Shown here: one piece after another, positions 21,105-30,273 of the stretch
Position numbering within the stretch: position 1 is the first letter of the stretch
Layout of the letters: every line of letters starts with the position of its first letter
NCBI GenBank assembly: GCA_044226015.1
Contig: JBGAHS010000005.1
Coordinates: forward strand, 288,001-352,000
Direction of reading: 5' to 3'
DNA length: 64,000 nt
DNA from: Candidatus Obscuribacteraceae bacterium
Lineage (GTDB): Bacteria > Cyanobacteriota > Vampirovibrionia > Obscuribacterales > Obscuribacteraceae
The notes under the pieces: generated by a model
The model's database searches: none
What the model was told of the DNA's origin: nothing
What the model saw: only the letters and a program-made list of their open reading frames with translations
Translations under genes and position numbers: made by a program

Positions 21105-23144
21105 TTATTTTTTAGACTTTTGTCTTCGCTTTACTAACTGATCTTGCACTGCCATTAGCTGGTCACGCAATTCTGCCGCACGCTCAAATTCCATGGCGCG
21201 AGCAGCTGTTTTCATCTCTTTCTCCAACTTGGCGACTAGTTTTGGTAAATCGAGTTCTGGTGATGCTTCAAGTTGCTCAGCTAGTTTTTCGGCGCTAATT
21301 CTCTCGACTTTATTAGCTTGAGATTCCTTGCCTCTCAACTGGTCTAACAGAGCATTGCTTGTATCTTTTACGATGGTTTGCGGAATTATGTTGTGCTCTT
21401 TGTTGTAGGCCAGCTGAATATCACGCCTTCTCTGTGTTTCAGAAATGGCTTTAGCCATTGAGTCTGTGACGCGGTCACCATAAAGAATAACTCTACCAGC
21501 TGCATTTCGAGCCGCTCTTCCGATGGTTTGAATCAGTGATTTTTCTGCGCGTAGGAAGCCTTCTTTGTCGGCTTCCATAATTGCCACAAGAGAAACTTCG
21601 GGCAAATCTAACCCTTCTCTCAAGAGATTTACTCCCACAAGCACATCGTAGTGACCCAAGCGAAGGTCGCGCAGCAACTCAACCCGGTCAAGTGCGTGTA
21701 CTTCTGAGTGAAGCCAGCGCACGCGAATCTGTAATTGCTGCAGATATTCGGTTAAGTCTTCTGCCATTCGCTTGGTCAAAGTTGTGATCAAAACACGCTC
21801 TTTGTTTTCGGCTCGTGTCCTTATCTCTTTGATCAAATCATCAATTTGCCCTTGAATGGGTCTGACTTCGACTTCTGGATCTACCAATCCGGTAGGGCGA
21901 ATAATTTGCTCAACAATTTGCTTGCTGATTGATAATTCGCGATCAGCCGGTGTTGCAGAAACGAAAATCACCTTTCCTACTTTGTCAAAAAACTCATCAT
22001 GAGTTAGCGGACGATTGTCTCTTGCACAGGGCAATCTAAAGCCAAAGTCGATCAACGTGTCTTTTCTAGAACGGTCGCCAGCATACATGCCTTGAAGCTG
22101 TGGCACGGAGACGTGAGATTCATCAATGAAAGTGAGAAAACCATCTCTGCCGAAACGTCGGACGAAATAATCAACGAGTGTCTGTGGCGGTTCACCAGAA
22201 ATTCTTTGCTCCATTATGCGCGAATAATTTTCGATGCCGTTGCAATAGCCAACCTCTTTCAGCATCTCAATGTCGAACTGAGTGCGCTGTTTCAGTCTCT
22301 GTGCCTCGACTAATTTCTGGTCGCGAATCAGCACTTCGAGCCGCTCTTCTAGCTCGATCTGAATCTGCGCAATCGCTTGCTCAATGGTATCTTCGTCTGC
22401 TACATAGTGTTTTGCTGGGTAGATCTTGATCTGATCTACCAGCTCTTCTATTTCGCCTGTTACCGGGTTTACTACTGAAATGCGCTCAATTTCATCGCCG
22501 AACATTTCAATGCGGACGATGCGTTCTTCGTAAGCGGGGTAAATTTCAACAATATCTCCGCGGGCTCTAAAACGAGCACGTTCTGCCACCATGTCGTTGC
22601 GTTCATAGTGGATATCTACGAACGCGCGCAGAAGCGCGTTTCGCTCAACAACGTCTCCAACTTTTATTTCAATTGCTGCTGAAAGATAGCGTTCGGGAAC
22701 TCCAAGACCGTAAATACAGCTTACAGATGCCACAACAACAACATCCTCTCTCTCCCAGAGAGAGCGTGTTGTAGAGTGTCGAAGCCGGTCAATTTCATCG
22801 TTGATGCTCGCTTCTTTTTCAATAAAAGTGTCTGTGCTCGGAATGTAAGATTCCGGCTGGTAGTAATCGTAATAGCTGATGAAGTACTCGACAGCGTTCT
22901 GCGGAAAAAATTCACGAAACTCGTTGCAGAGCTGTGCGGCAAGGGTTTTATTGTGCGCAAGCACGAGGGCTGGCATGCCAGTCTCTTGAATGACTTGTGC
23001 CATAGTCATTGTTTTGCCGGACCCCGTCACACCTAAAAGCGTCTGGTAGGGGTACTCTTTTCTAACGCCTTCAGAAAGTTTCTTTATGGCTTGCGGTTGG
23101 TCACCGGCAGGGCTGAATTTTGAGACGACCTTAAACTGCGACAT
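21105..23144 (-). CDS. uvrB: Excinuclease ABC subunit B
   Basis: GDQP.AI, GVTGSGKT, YYDYYQPE, DESH, NLLREGLD and C-terminal UVR motif FERAAELRD. Confidence 0.98.
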   Translation of the reverse strand: MSQFKVVSKFSPAGDQPQAIKKLSEGVRKEYPYQTLLGVTGSGKTMTMAQVIQETGMPALVLAHNKTLAAQLCNEFREFFPQNAVEYFISYYDYYQPESYIPSTDTFIEKEASINDEIDRLRHSTTRSLWEREDVVVVASVSCIYGLGVPERYLSAAIEIKVGDVVERNALLRAFVDIHYERNDMVAERARFRARGDIVEIYPAYEERIVRIEMFGDEIERISVVNPVTGEIEELVDQIKIYPAKHYVADEDTIEQAIAQIQIELEERLEVLIRDQKLVEAQRLKQRTQFDIEMLKEVGYCNGIENYSRIMEQRISGEPPQTLVDYFVRRFGRDGFLTFIDESHVSVPQLQGMYAGDRSRKDTLIDFGFRLPCARDNRPLTHDEFFDKVGKVIFVSATPADRELSISKQIVEQIIRPTGLVDPEVEVRPIQGQIDDLIKEIRTRAENKERVLITTLTKRMAEDLTEYLQQLQIRVRWLHSEVHALDRVELLRDLRLGHYDVLVGVNLLREGLDLPEVSLVAIMEADKEGFLRAEKSLIQTIGRAARNAAGRVILYGDRVTDSMAKAISETQRRRDIQLAYNKEHNIIPQTIVKDTSNALLDQLRGKESQANKVERISAEKLAEQLEASPELDLPKLVAKLEKEMKTAARAMEFERAAELRDQLMAVQDQLVKRRQKSKK

Positions 23145-23221
23145 CCCAGACTCCTATCGTAATCTGAGATCCTATCACTAAACTTATCTAAGCTGCCACA
23201 GGGGCTTAATGCTGCTTAGAA

Positions 23222-23428
23222 TTAACTCTTTGACTTCTCTTCTTCGGTCTGTTTTTCGCTCTCTTTGAGCGCCACGGACATTTCGTGTTGAGCATCAGTC
23301 AGCGAACGCTTGAAGTTCCCAATGCCTTGTCCCAGTGCTTTTCCAAGCTCAGGCAATTTCTTAGGACCGAATATGAGGAGAGCTACGCCAAAAACGATAG
23401 CTATTTCACCGGGACCGACGTTAAACAT
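23222..23428 (-). CDS. tatA: Twin-arginine translocase subunit TatA
   Basis: [24 protein letters not shown] signature. Confidence 0.95.
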   Translation of the reverse strand: MFNVGPGEIAIVFGVALLIFGPKKLPELGKALGQGIGNFKRSLTDAQHEMSVALKESEKQTEEEKSKS

Positions 23429-23475
23429 GCTTTTGACCTCAAAACTCCTCTATCATCCTAACACACGTTGACTGA

Positions 23476-25131
23476 TTATTTCTTGAATGGCCAATCTTTC
23501 GGGTTCGAACTGTCTGTGCTGACTGGCTTGTCTTTGCCGGAAGAAGCAGAGGGCTTGCCTGCGTCTTTCCTGGTAGAGCCTGTGCTGGCACCTGATTTTG
23601 AACCTGTCTTGCTTTCGCCAGCACCGCCCTTTTCGTCACCTTTCTTAGGCGCCGCCTTCTCTTCTGGTGGTTTTGCACCGTTTGAGAAGGTCACCAGCGG
23701 CTCCTCAATGTTCTTGGTCCATTTTGTCAGGTGAATTCTGTCGGCAAGCTCAGCCACAGCAGCTTCCATGAATGCGTAGTCTGGAATCAGTCCCTCAGGT
23801 TCGAGATGTTGGTCAAGCGCGTCGGCATTGATACTTGAATTTGGTCGATTCTCAACAAAAGTGGACGGCTTCATGAAAGTTACTGCACCCACATAAATCG
23901 AAGATGGGTTGAGGCGCAAGAACTTTGGCTTGTTTTCGAGAAATTGATTGTAGAGAGCCGCAATGTGTGGATGGTCCGGCTGCCTCTGCAAGTGATCAAG
24001 GTGGCTGCCGAAAATACAGACGGCGAGTTCTGGCTTCAGTTGAACGAGTTCTTTTACATATTGAGAGCCATCTCTTTCACGAAAGTATGCTATCGACTCG
24101 TCATAACTTGCTACAGGAGGCAATTGCTTTTGGGGATCTATAGCAACCTTTTCCTTTTCTTTTTCGCTTTTTGTTTTCTTCGGTAACTGAAAGACTGGTA
24201 AAGCCCAGAGCGCTTTTGTTACTGAAGGAGGATAGATTTGCTTGTCCATGCCGATGTCAGTTGCGTAAGGAATGGCAAATTCGGTTGTCTCATCCCAGAC
24301 GCCGTTGTTATTTTCGTCGAAAAAAGCAACACCCATGATTTCTGGTTCGTCTGCTTTCTTGTGAGCACCAGGAGCCTTTGAAGCATCTTTTTGATATCTG
24401 AGCTTTTTGTAGTCGACGACAGCTTGACCTATAGCACCTGTTCCTTGCTTGTAGTGTTTGTTGACCATCATGTCGTGTGCACCACCGAGAGTGGCAGGAA
24501 AATAAAGATTGCCAATTGGACTCTCGTAAAATGCCAACCATCCTACAAAAGGTAAGTCCTCTGCATACTTGCCCATAGTGACCAACAGTGTATTGCCACC
24601 GTTCGACCAGCCGACTGCTCCTACGCATTTCGGGTCCGCTTTGTAAGGCAATAATTCCGATATCGTCTTATTCTGGTAGTCCGGTATTTGGCCGGCTGCG
24701 AACCTCAGTACATCACGCAGCGCTTCTTGCGATTTCACACCTCTGTTGTCATAGATGCCCGAGGACATGAAACCTGGTTTTCCACCTCCAGGAAATGCAA
24801 ACCTGACTTCAACAAGTCCCTGCTGTGCTGCATGCATCGAAAAGTCGAGACCCTGGCTGCCGCTGCCGCCTGGTACGACCACCACCACTGGTGCAGCATC
24901 TTTGTACCGCGCCTTCTTCGAGAAAATGAGATTGACGGCAATTCCGTCTCCAGGTGCAGCTTCCGAAGGCACGTATGTGCTTATCGAATCCTCTTTAACC
25001 ATTGGAGGAATTTTGAGTGAACCTGTGGGAAGGTCAGCTGCACTCGCTAACAGCGGGGCTGGTTGGCTAAATGCGATCGCGCAGACAGCGAGAAACTGTG
25101 CTACGTTCTTTCGGTGTTTTGACAGGGACAT
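23476..25131 (-). CDS. Secreted alpha/beta-hydrolase-fold protein
   Basis: Signal peptide; VVVVPGG and GWSNGG (G-x-S-x-G nucleophile elbow); low-complexity C-terminal tail. Confidence 0.65.
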   Translation of the reverse strand: MSLSKHRKNVAQFLAVCAIAFSQPAPLLASAADLPTGSLKIPPMVKEDSISTYVPSEAAPGDGIAVNLIFSKKARYKDAAPVVVVVPGGSGSQGLDFSMHAAQQGLVEVRFAFPGGGKPGFMSSGIYDNRGVKSQEALRDVLRFAAGQIPDYQNKTISELLPYKADPKCVGAVGWSNGGNTLLVTMGKYAEDLPFVGWLAFYESPIGNLYFPATLGGAHDMMVNKHYKQGTGAIGQAVVDYKKLRYQKDASKAPGAHKKADEPEIMGVAFFDENNNGVWDETTEFAIPYATDIGMDKQIYPPSVTKALWALPVFQLPKKTKSEKEKEKVAIDPQKQLPPVASYDESIAYFRERDGSQYVKELVQLKPELAVCIFGSHLDHLQRQPDHPHIAALYNQFLENKPKFLRLNPSSIYVGAVTFMKPSTFVENRPNSSINADALDQHLEPEGLIPDYAFMEAAVAELADRIHLTKWTKNIEEPLVTFSNGAKPPEEKAAPKKGDEKGGAGESKTGSKSGASTGSTRKDAGKPSASSGKDKPVSTDSSNPKDWPFKK

Positions 25132-25143
25132 AAACTTTCCTGA

Positions 25144-27282
25144 TCAGGGCAACAATGGTTTCAGGTTTCTGAAATCGCCGATGGCTGCGAAGTATCTGTA
25201 GATGCTTCCGAGGAGTGCGCGACGATTGTCTCTCTTCTTTTGATCGGGATCTTCCACCAGAACGTTGTCGAAGAATTTCTCTACAGGAGAAGAAAGACAG
25301 CTCAGTGAGCAAAGAAGTTCCTTGTAATCTTCAAGTTTCAATTCTTGTTTTAATTTGTTTTCTGGCCAGGCTGATACCACTTTACTCATGAAGGTGGAGT
25401 AAAGTTCTTTCTCTGCCTCATTTTCGAAAAGCGATTCGTTTGGAGCGCCAACGGCTTCTTCATTCAATATCTTTCCAATTCGAACGCCTGCTCTGACGAT
25501 TGCTAACTCGTTTTGGTTTTCTACTAGCGCTTGCAGGCTCTGGCAGCGTGCCACCGCATCTGGTATGTCGCTGAGAACGCGTCCGCTTGAACATACTGCT
25601 TCGATTACTTCTCGGCTGATGCCGCGATCTAGAAGCTTGCTTCTAACTCTTTGCACCAGGAACTCACTCAAGTCAGTGAGTGCTTTCGCTGCATCAAAGC
25701 CTTTTTTGTTTGCTGCTGCTGGTTTGATTTGTTCCATCAAGAGAGCCATTAGCTCTGACACATTGACTCTATAATCAGTGAGCCCATCCATCAGGGTGTC
25801 GATAAGACCTTGAGACTGTCGGCGCAACGCGTAAGGGTCGCTCGAACCGCTAGGACGGCGTCCTAGCGCGAAGAGTCCGACAAGATTGTCTAGTTTGTCG
25901 ATGATGGATACGAACTGTCCTGTGACATCAGGAGCGATACCATCGTAGTGTGAGCGTGGAGCGTAATGACTTGCGATGGCTTCTACAACTTCAGGAAATT
26001 CACTTTCACGTGCTGCGTACCATGAACCAACGTAGCCTTGCAACTCTGGTAACTCTTTGACGAGGTCAGTTACCAGGTCTAGCTTACACAACGTCACTGC
26101 TCTCTCAATGCAGAGGCAATATTTAGGTTCAAGCATTAGTGCAGAGGTCAAATGTTTTGCTGCAAGGCAGAGTCTGTCAGTTTTCTTGAGGTAGCTACCC
26201 AGGTATTCCTGGAAAGTCAAATTGTCTAGTTTTGGCTTGCGCTCTTCCAATTTTTCTTTCTGGTCTTCAAAGAAGAAGAACTTTCCGTCCGCCAATCTGG
26301 CTTTGATGACTCTCTCATTACCCAGCTTTATTTGAGCTTCCGCTTCGCGGCGGTCATTGTTAGCCACGGTAATGAAATTTGGCATCAATGCATGCGAACC
26401 GCTATCGTCTTTTCGTTCGACAGGGAAGTATCGCTGGTGGTGCACCATGATGGTTTCGATCAAGCGATCTGGCAACTGCAAGTAATCATCGCTGAATTCT
26501 CCAACGATAGCGTGCGGCCATTCCAGAATATTCGTAACTTCATCAAGCAATGAGTCGTCGAGGCGGCGAGCTTTTCCTGCTAACTTTTCTGCCGCGTCCG
26601 AAACCTGTTTTTCAATTAAGGCTCTTCGTTCGCTCGGGTCTACCAGCACTTTTGCTTTGCGAAGTCTTTCAATGTAATTGTCTGGGTGATCGATGCTGAA
26701 CTTTTCCGGCGCCAGTACTCGGTTTCCAAATGTCTCGCGTCCCGACTCGATCGTCTCAAGACTGACCTTTAGTTCCTCAGCGTCTAGCAGAGAGACTATC
26801 CATCTGATTGGTCGCGAAAATTTTAGTTCAGAGTCGCCCCAGCGCATTGGGCGTTCACCTGATAATTGCGTGATGATGTCTGGTGCTACTTCTTGCAAGA
26901 CTTCGGCAGATGGCTTACCTTCGATGGTCAAGTCTGCCATCAGGTACTCAACCCCATTTGTCTCTTCGCGAGAGAGTTGCTCAACAGTGAGTCCTTGTTT
27001 CTGTGCGAATCTCAAAGCAGGGGGCAGAGCCTTTCCCGTGGCATCGAAACTCGATTTGACAGGCGGTCCCTTGACTTTCTTCTTTACAGTTGACTGCTTG
27101 ACCGCTAATCCCCTGACAAGGCAAGAGGTACGTCTGGGTGTACCCAGTACCTGAACTGACTCAAATGACACGTTTGCTTTTTCAAGAGCCTCAGTCATCG
27201 AAGTTTTAAGCTTCTCTTGTGCGTCAGCGACGTGGCTTGCTGGTAACTCTTCTGTACCAATTTCAAGAAGATATGTTGGCAT
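25144..27282 (-). CDS. glyS: Glycine--tRNA ligase beta subunit
   Basis: LLEIGTEELPA, TPRR, MRWG..F.RPIRW, GNERVI.ARLAD, ELQG, GSSDPYALRR. Confidence 0.97.
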   Translation of the reverse strand: MPTYLLEIGTEELPASHVADAQEKLKTSMTEALEKANVSFESVQVLGTPRRTSCLVRGLAVKQSTVKKKVKGPPVKSSFDATGKALPPALRFAQKQGLTVEQLSREETNGVEYLMADLTIEGKPSAEVLQEVAPDIITQLSGERPMRWGDSELKFSRPIRWIVSLLDAEELKVSLETIESGRETFGNRVLAPEKFSIDHPDNYIERLRKAKVLVDPSERRALIEKQVSDAAEKLAGKARRLDDSLLDEVTNILEWPHAIVGEFSDDYLQLPDRLIETIMVHHQRYFPVERKDDSGSHALMPNFITVANNDRREAEAQIKLGNERVIKARLADGKFFFFEDQKEKLEERKPKLDNLTFQEYLGSYLKKTDRLCLAAKHLTSALMLEPKYCLCIERAVTLCKLDLVTDLVKELPELQGYVGSWYAARESEFPEVVEAIASHYAPRSHYDGIAPDVTGQFVSIIDKLDNLVGLFALGRRPSGSSDPYALRRQSQGLIDTLMDGLTDYRVNVSELMALLMEQIKPAAANKKGFDAAKALTDLSEFLVQRVRSKLLDRGISREVIEAVCSSGRVLSDIPDAVARCQSLQALVENQNELAIVRAGVRIGKILNEEAVGAPNESLFENEAEKELYSTFMSKVVSAWPENKLKQELKLEDYKELLCSLSCLSSPVEKFFDNVLVEDPDQKKRDNRRALLGSIYRYFAAIGDFRNLKPLLP

Positions 27283-27407
27283 TCTTTAGAACCTATCTGC
27301 GAATTCGAAGCGCTAATTATAGATGAATTGTCAACTCCAGGAATTAAAGCGGCTCCATTCACAAAGCAAGAGAAACATTTCGCGGAAGTCAAGCGAGGAG
27401 CGTCTGA

Positions 27408-27575
27408 TTGTTCCTCATTGTCGTGCTAACCTTTCGTTCATTAGAGGAGGTCGCAAGAAATGAAATTGGTTTTGTGCGCATGCATGACGATGAATGGACT
27501 ATTTGTAGATACGTAGTTGTTATGGCGGACCTTCCAAGTGAATTTCTTAAAGCTATTGAGCAGATGAAGGTCTAG
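27408..27575 (+). CDS. Possible 55-aa small protein
   Basis: SD GAGGAG 7 nt before TTG 27408; reads MFLIVVLTFRSLEEVARNEIGFVRMHDDEWTICRY...EQMKV; below the ORF-track cutoff. Confidence 0.3.
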   Translation: MFLIVVLTFRSLEEVARNEIGFVRMHDDEWTICRYVVVMADLPSEFLKAIEQMKV

Positions 27576-27638
27576 TTCTGGCAACAATTCGACAATCAAT
27601 TCAATCTGTAAACTGCTTGTGCTCGGTTCAGATTCTGC

Positions 27639-28535
27639 CTAGTCTGGAATTAGTTCGGGATGCCCTTGTGTGTTCAGAAACTCAACAAATAGTTTCTTGA
27701 GGTCTTCACCATCTTTCTCATTGACCGCTTCAAATGGCTTTGCTCTGGTGCCCAGCATATTCGAAATCTTCAGAAGTTTGGCATTACCCCTGGTATCAAA
27801 TATTTTTGTGGAACCATCTACGCGAACGGCATTCTCATCCATTGGTGTGTATCGACTGATGCACTCTTTTTGCAGGGTCTTCAAAATTACCTGTGACTGG
27901 GGCTCTACGATTGCGTCAGCGCCACTTACTTTGCGTATGTATTCTTCTTTTGAGTCTGATACCACAGAGACGGTTTCGCAGCGATTGTAAGCGATGCAGT
28001 CATTGTCAACCTTGCAAGTATAACTGTATGGCGCTTTGACATAGTCCCAGACCTGACCAGTCTTGTCTTTCTGGCAACCAATTGTCTTTTGGAACTCATT
28101 TCTTAGAACAAATGGCAGCTCTGGATAGCGAGTCTTATCATTGATGATGTTCATGTGTGTTACTGTTTCAGACTTGAACTGCCAGGTGCCGGCGAGCCAT
28201 TTTGGAATTGGAACCCAATTGTTTTTCGGCGACAATTTAGGAATCGTTGCTTCGTCAAACTTTCCGCCCTGCATCATTCCGTCTGGAACCGGGCTCAGGC
28301 GCACGCTATGTTCGGCTCGGGCCTGAAGCGGTGCAGAGTTGCTGCTCTTCTTAGGGTCCTGTTCATGCTGAATTGAACTTACAGTTAATTGTGCGTTGCT
28401 TGACTGCGATTGTGATGTTAGCTTCCGCGTGCTCGCTGTTGCTGTTTTTAGCGGAATCTCGTCAGCTAAAGCGGCGCTTGCTGATAGAAGCAGCGCAAAA
28501 GTGGCTGCCTCAATTCGTGCAGTGAGTCTGCTCAT
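27639..28535 (-). CDS. Secreted hypothetical protein (beta-rich)
   Basis: Signal peptide ending ALA; IPKWLAGTW motif; no family recognised. Confidence 0.75.
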   Translation of the reverse strand: MSRLTARIEAATFALLLSASAALADEIPLKTATASTRKLTSQSQSSNAQLTVSSIQHEQDPKKSSNSAPLQARAEHSVRLSPVPDGMMQGGKFDEATIPKLSPKNNWVPIPKWLAGTWQFKSETVTHMNIINDKTRYPELPFVLRNEFQKTIGCQKDKTGQVWDYVKAPYSYTCKVDNDCIAYNRCETVSVVSDSKEEYIRKVSGADAIVEPQSQVILKTLQKECISRYTPMDENAVRVDGSTKIFDTRGNAKLLKISNMLGTRAKPFEAVNEKDGEDLKKLFVEFLNTQGHPELIPD

Positions 28536-28631
28536 ACTAGTTTGCCCATTTCCTTTCGAAGAAGCCGCTTTTCCTGATTGTTTTAGGACTTCTACGACGA
28601 AGTAAGAGAAATTAGGAGGAACTCGATTTTA

Positions 28632-29999
28632 CTATCTTTCGGTTGAGGCGGTCTTCTGCATTTGTTTGCTCATTTGCACTTCCCATGAGTCAGGAGCGTA
28701 CTTTAAGTCTTCTGCGATTTTGAATTCTTCTGATGCTCGCTTGTTTTCGCCGCATTGCAAGTACATCATCGCAAGATGATAATGGCTGGCTCCTTCTTTC
28801 GGTTTCAGCTGAATGCTCTTTTCGTAATCAAGCATTGCTTTGTGATAGTCTTGCAAACAAAAGAATACCAGACCTCTGGTGTCGAGTGCTTCAGGAACAT
28901 TAGGAGCCAGTTCTAGTGATTTATTTATGTCGCGAAGAGCATTGTCATATTGGCCGAGTGGAATCTCGCTCCATGCACGAGCATTGTAGTGCATGGCTTC
29001 TCTGGGCTCGTTTTTGATCACAAATGAGTAGTCGTTGACAGCGTCTTGAAATTCGCCGAGTTCGTGAAACACTCGAGCCCGTGATAGAAACGCTTTCATG
29101 TCGTGACGGTCAGCCGCAATACCTTTGTTGCAATCATCGAGTGCTTGCTTGAATCGTTTGAGTCCGATGAGTGCTGCCGCACGACCGATGAAGAACTTGG
29201 AGTTAATCTCTGTTTTCAGCAACCTGTCGAAAACGAAGTAAGCCTCAGCGTACTTTTTTGCGTGAAGGTCGGCCATACCTTCTGCGTCGATTCTGTAGAC
29301 GTCTCCTCTTTTGTCAGCCTTAGCAGTTTGGTCTGAAAACGAGAAAAACATGAATGAGATGACAGCAAGCACAGCAAATTTGCAGAATTTGAAGATGCGA
29401 GCTTCATCGGAAAACGGCATGACTAGCAAACCTGCTACGAAGCCAGCAAAGAACCCTCCAACGTGTGCAGCATTGTCTATTTCGGGGTAGAAGAATCCGC
29501 CGAGCAGTGAAGCGCAAATGACACCGAGAAAAATAACAGGTTGAACGTGTGAATATTCGCTTTTTTTTCCGCAAAGTAATGAGGACAGCATCGCACCTGC
29601 TAAGCCAATAATGGCACCAGATGCGCCCGAGCTGGTCTGTGTAGGGTTCCACATGATGCTACAAAGTGCGCCGCAGAGTCCCGACAGAAAGTAAACAGAA
29701 AGAAACCGTTTTGTTCCTAGAATCGATAGAACATCGGGTCCAAACATGTGCAAAGCCCACATGTTCAGACCTAAGTGAATAATCGATGCATGAATGAACA
29801 TGCTTGTGAACAGTCGCCAGTATTGACCTTGTATTGTGAAAGCGCCTATGTTCGCGCCCCAGCGAAATAATGCTTCTGAGTCGGGGACAATCAAAGCTCG
29901 CGCACCGGTCATTGATACCATAGCAATGAACACCAGAACATTGCTAAGAATCAGCACATTGACGCAATCGAGTTTGAGTTCTGTGAATTTTGACTTCAA
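28632..29999 (-). CDS. Rhomboid intramembrane serine protease fused to C-terminal TPRs
   Basis: QYWRLFTSMFIH..IIHL..NM, GASG (catalytic Ser), AHVGG (catalytic His), followed by ~5 TPRs. Confidence 0.93.
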   Translation of the reverse strand: MKSKFTELKLDCVNVLILSNVLVFIAMVSMTGARALIVPDSEALFRWGANIGAFTIQGQYWRLFTSMFIHASIIHLGLNMWALHMFGPDVLSILGTKRFLSVYFLSGLCGALCSIMWNPTQTSSGASGAIIGLAGAMLSSLLCGKKSEYSHVQPVIFLGVICASLLGGFFYPEIDNAAHVGGFFAGFVAGLLVMPFSDEARIFKFCKFAVLAVISFMFFSFSDQTAKADKRGDVYRIDAEGMADLHAKKYAEAYFVFDRLLKTEINSKFFIGRAAALIGLKRFKQALDDCNKGIAADRHDMKAFLSRARVFHELGEFQDAVNDYSFVIKNEPREAMHYNARAWSEIPLGQYDNALRDINKSLELAPNVPEALDTRGLVFFCLQDYHKAMLDYEKSIQLKPKEGASHYHLAMMYLQCGENKRASEEFKIAEDLKYAPDSWEVQMSKQMQKTASTER

Positions 30000-30273
30000 A
30001 GCTTGGGCCTTATGAATTGAGAAACTTCACGTTGTCGCGACAAGATAGTCGATATCTTTCGATCTGCTCTGTCGGAAATAACAAAGTGAGCCGTATCCTA
30101 CGGTATTGGTGTCATATTAACTTAAATTTGGCTTACTGCAAGCCATCGGAATTCCGCTAATTAGGGTTCTCACGTATTGGAATGCTCATCCGTGGAGTTC
30201 TGACCCGAACCATGGGAATTCCACCAGTGCCTCTGCACGCATCTACCGGCATAATAGCAATGGGCTGGAATGA

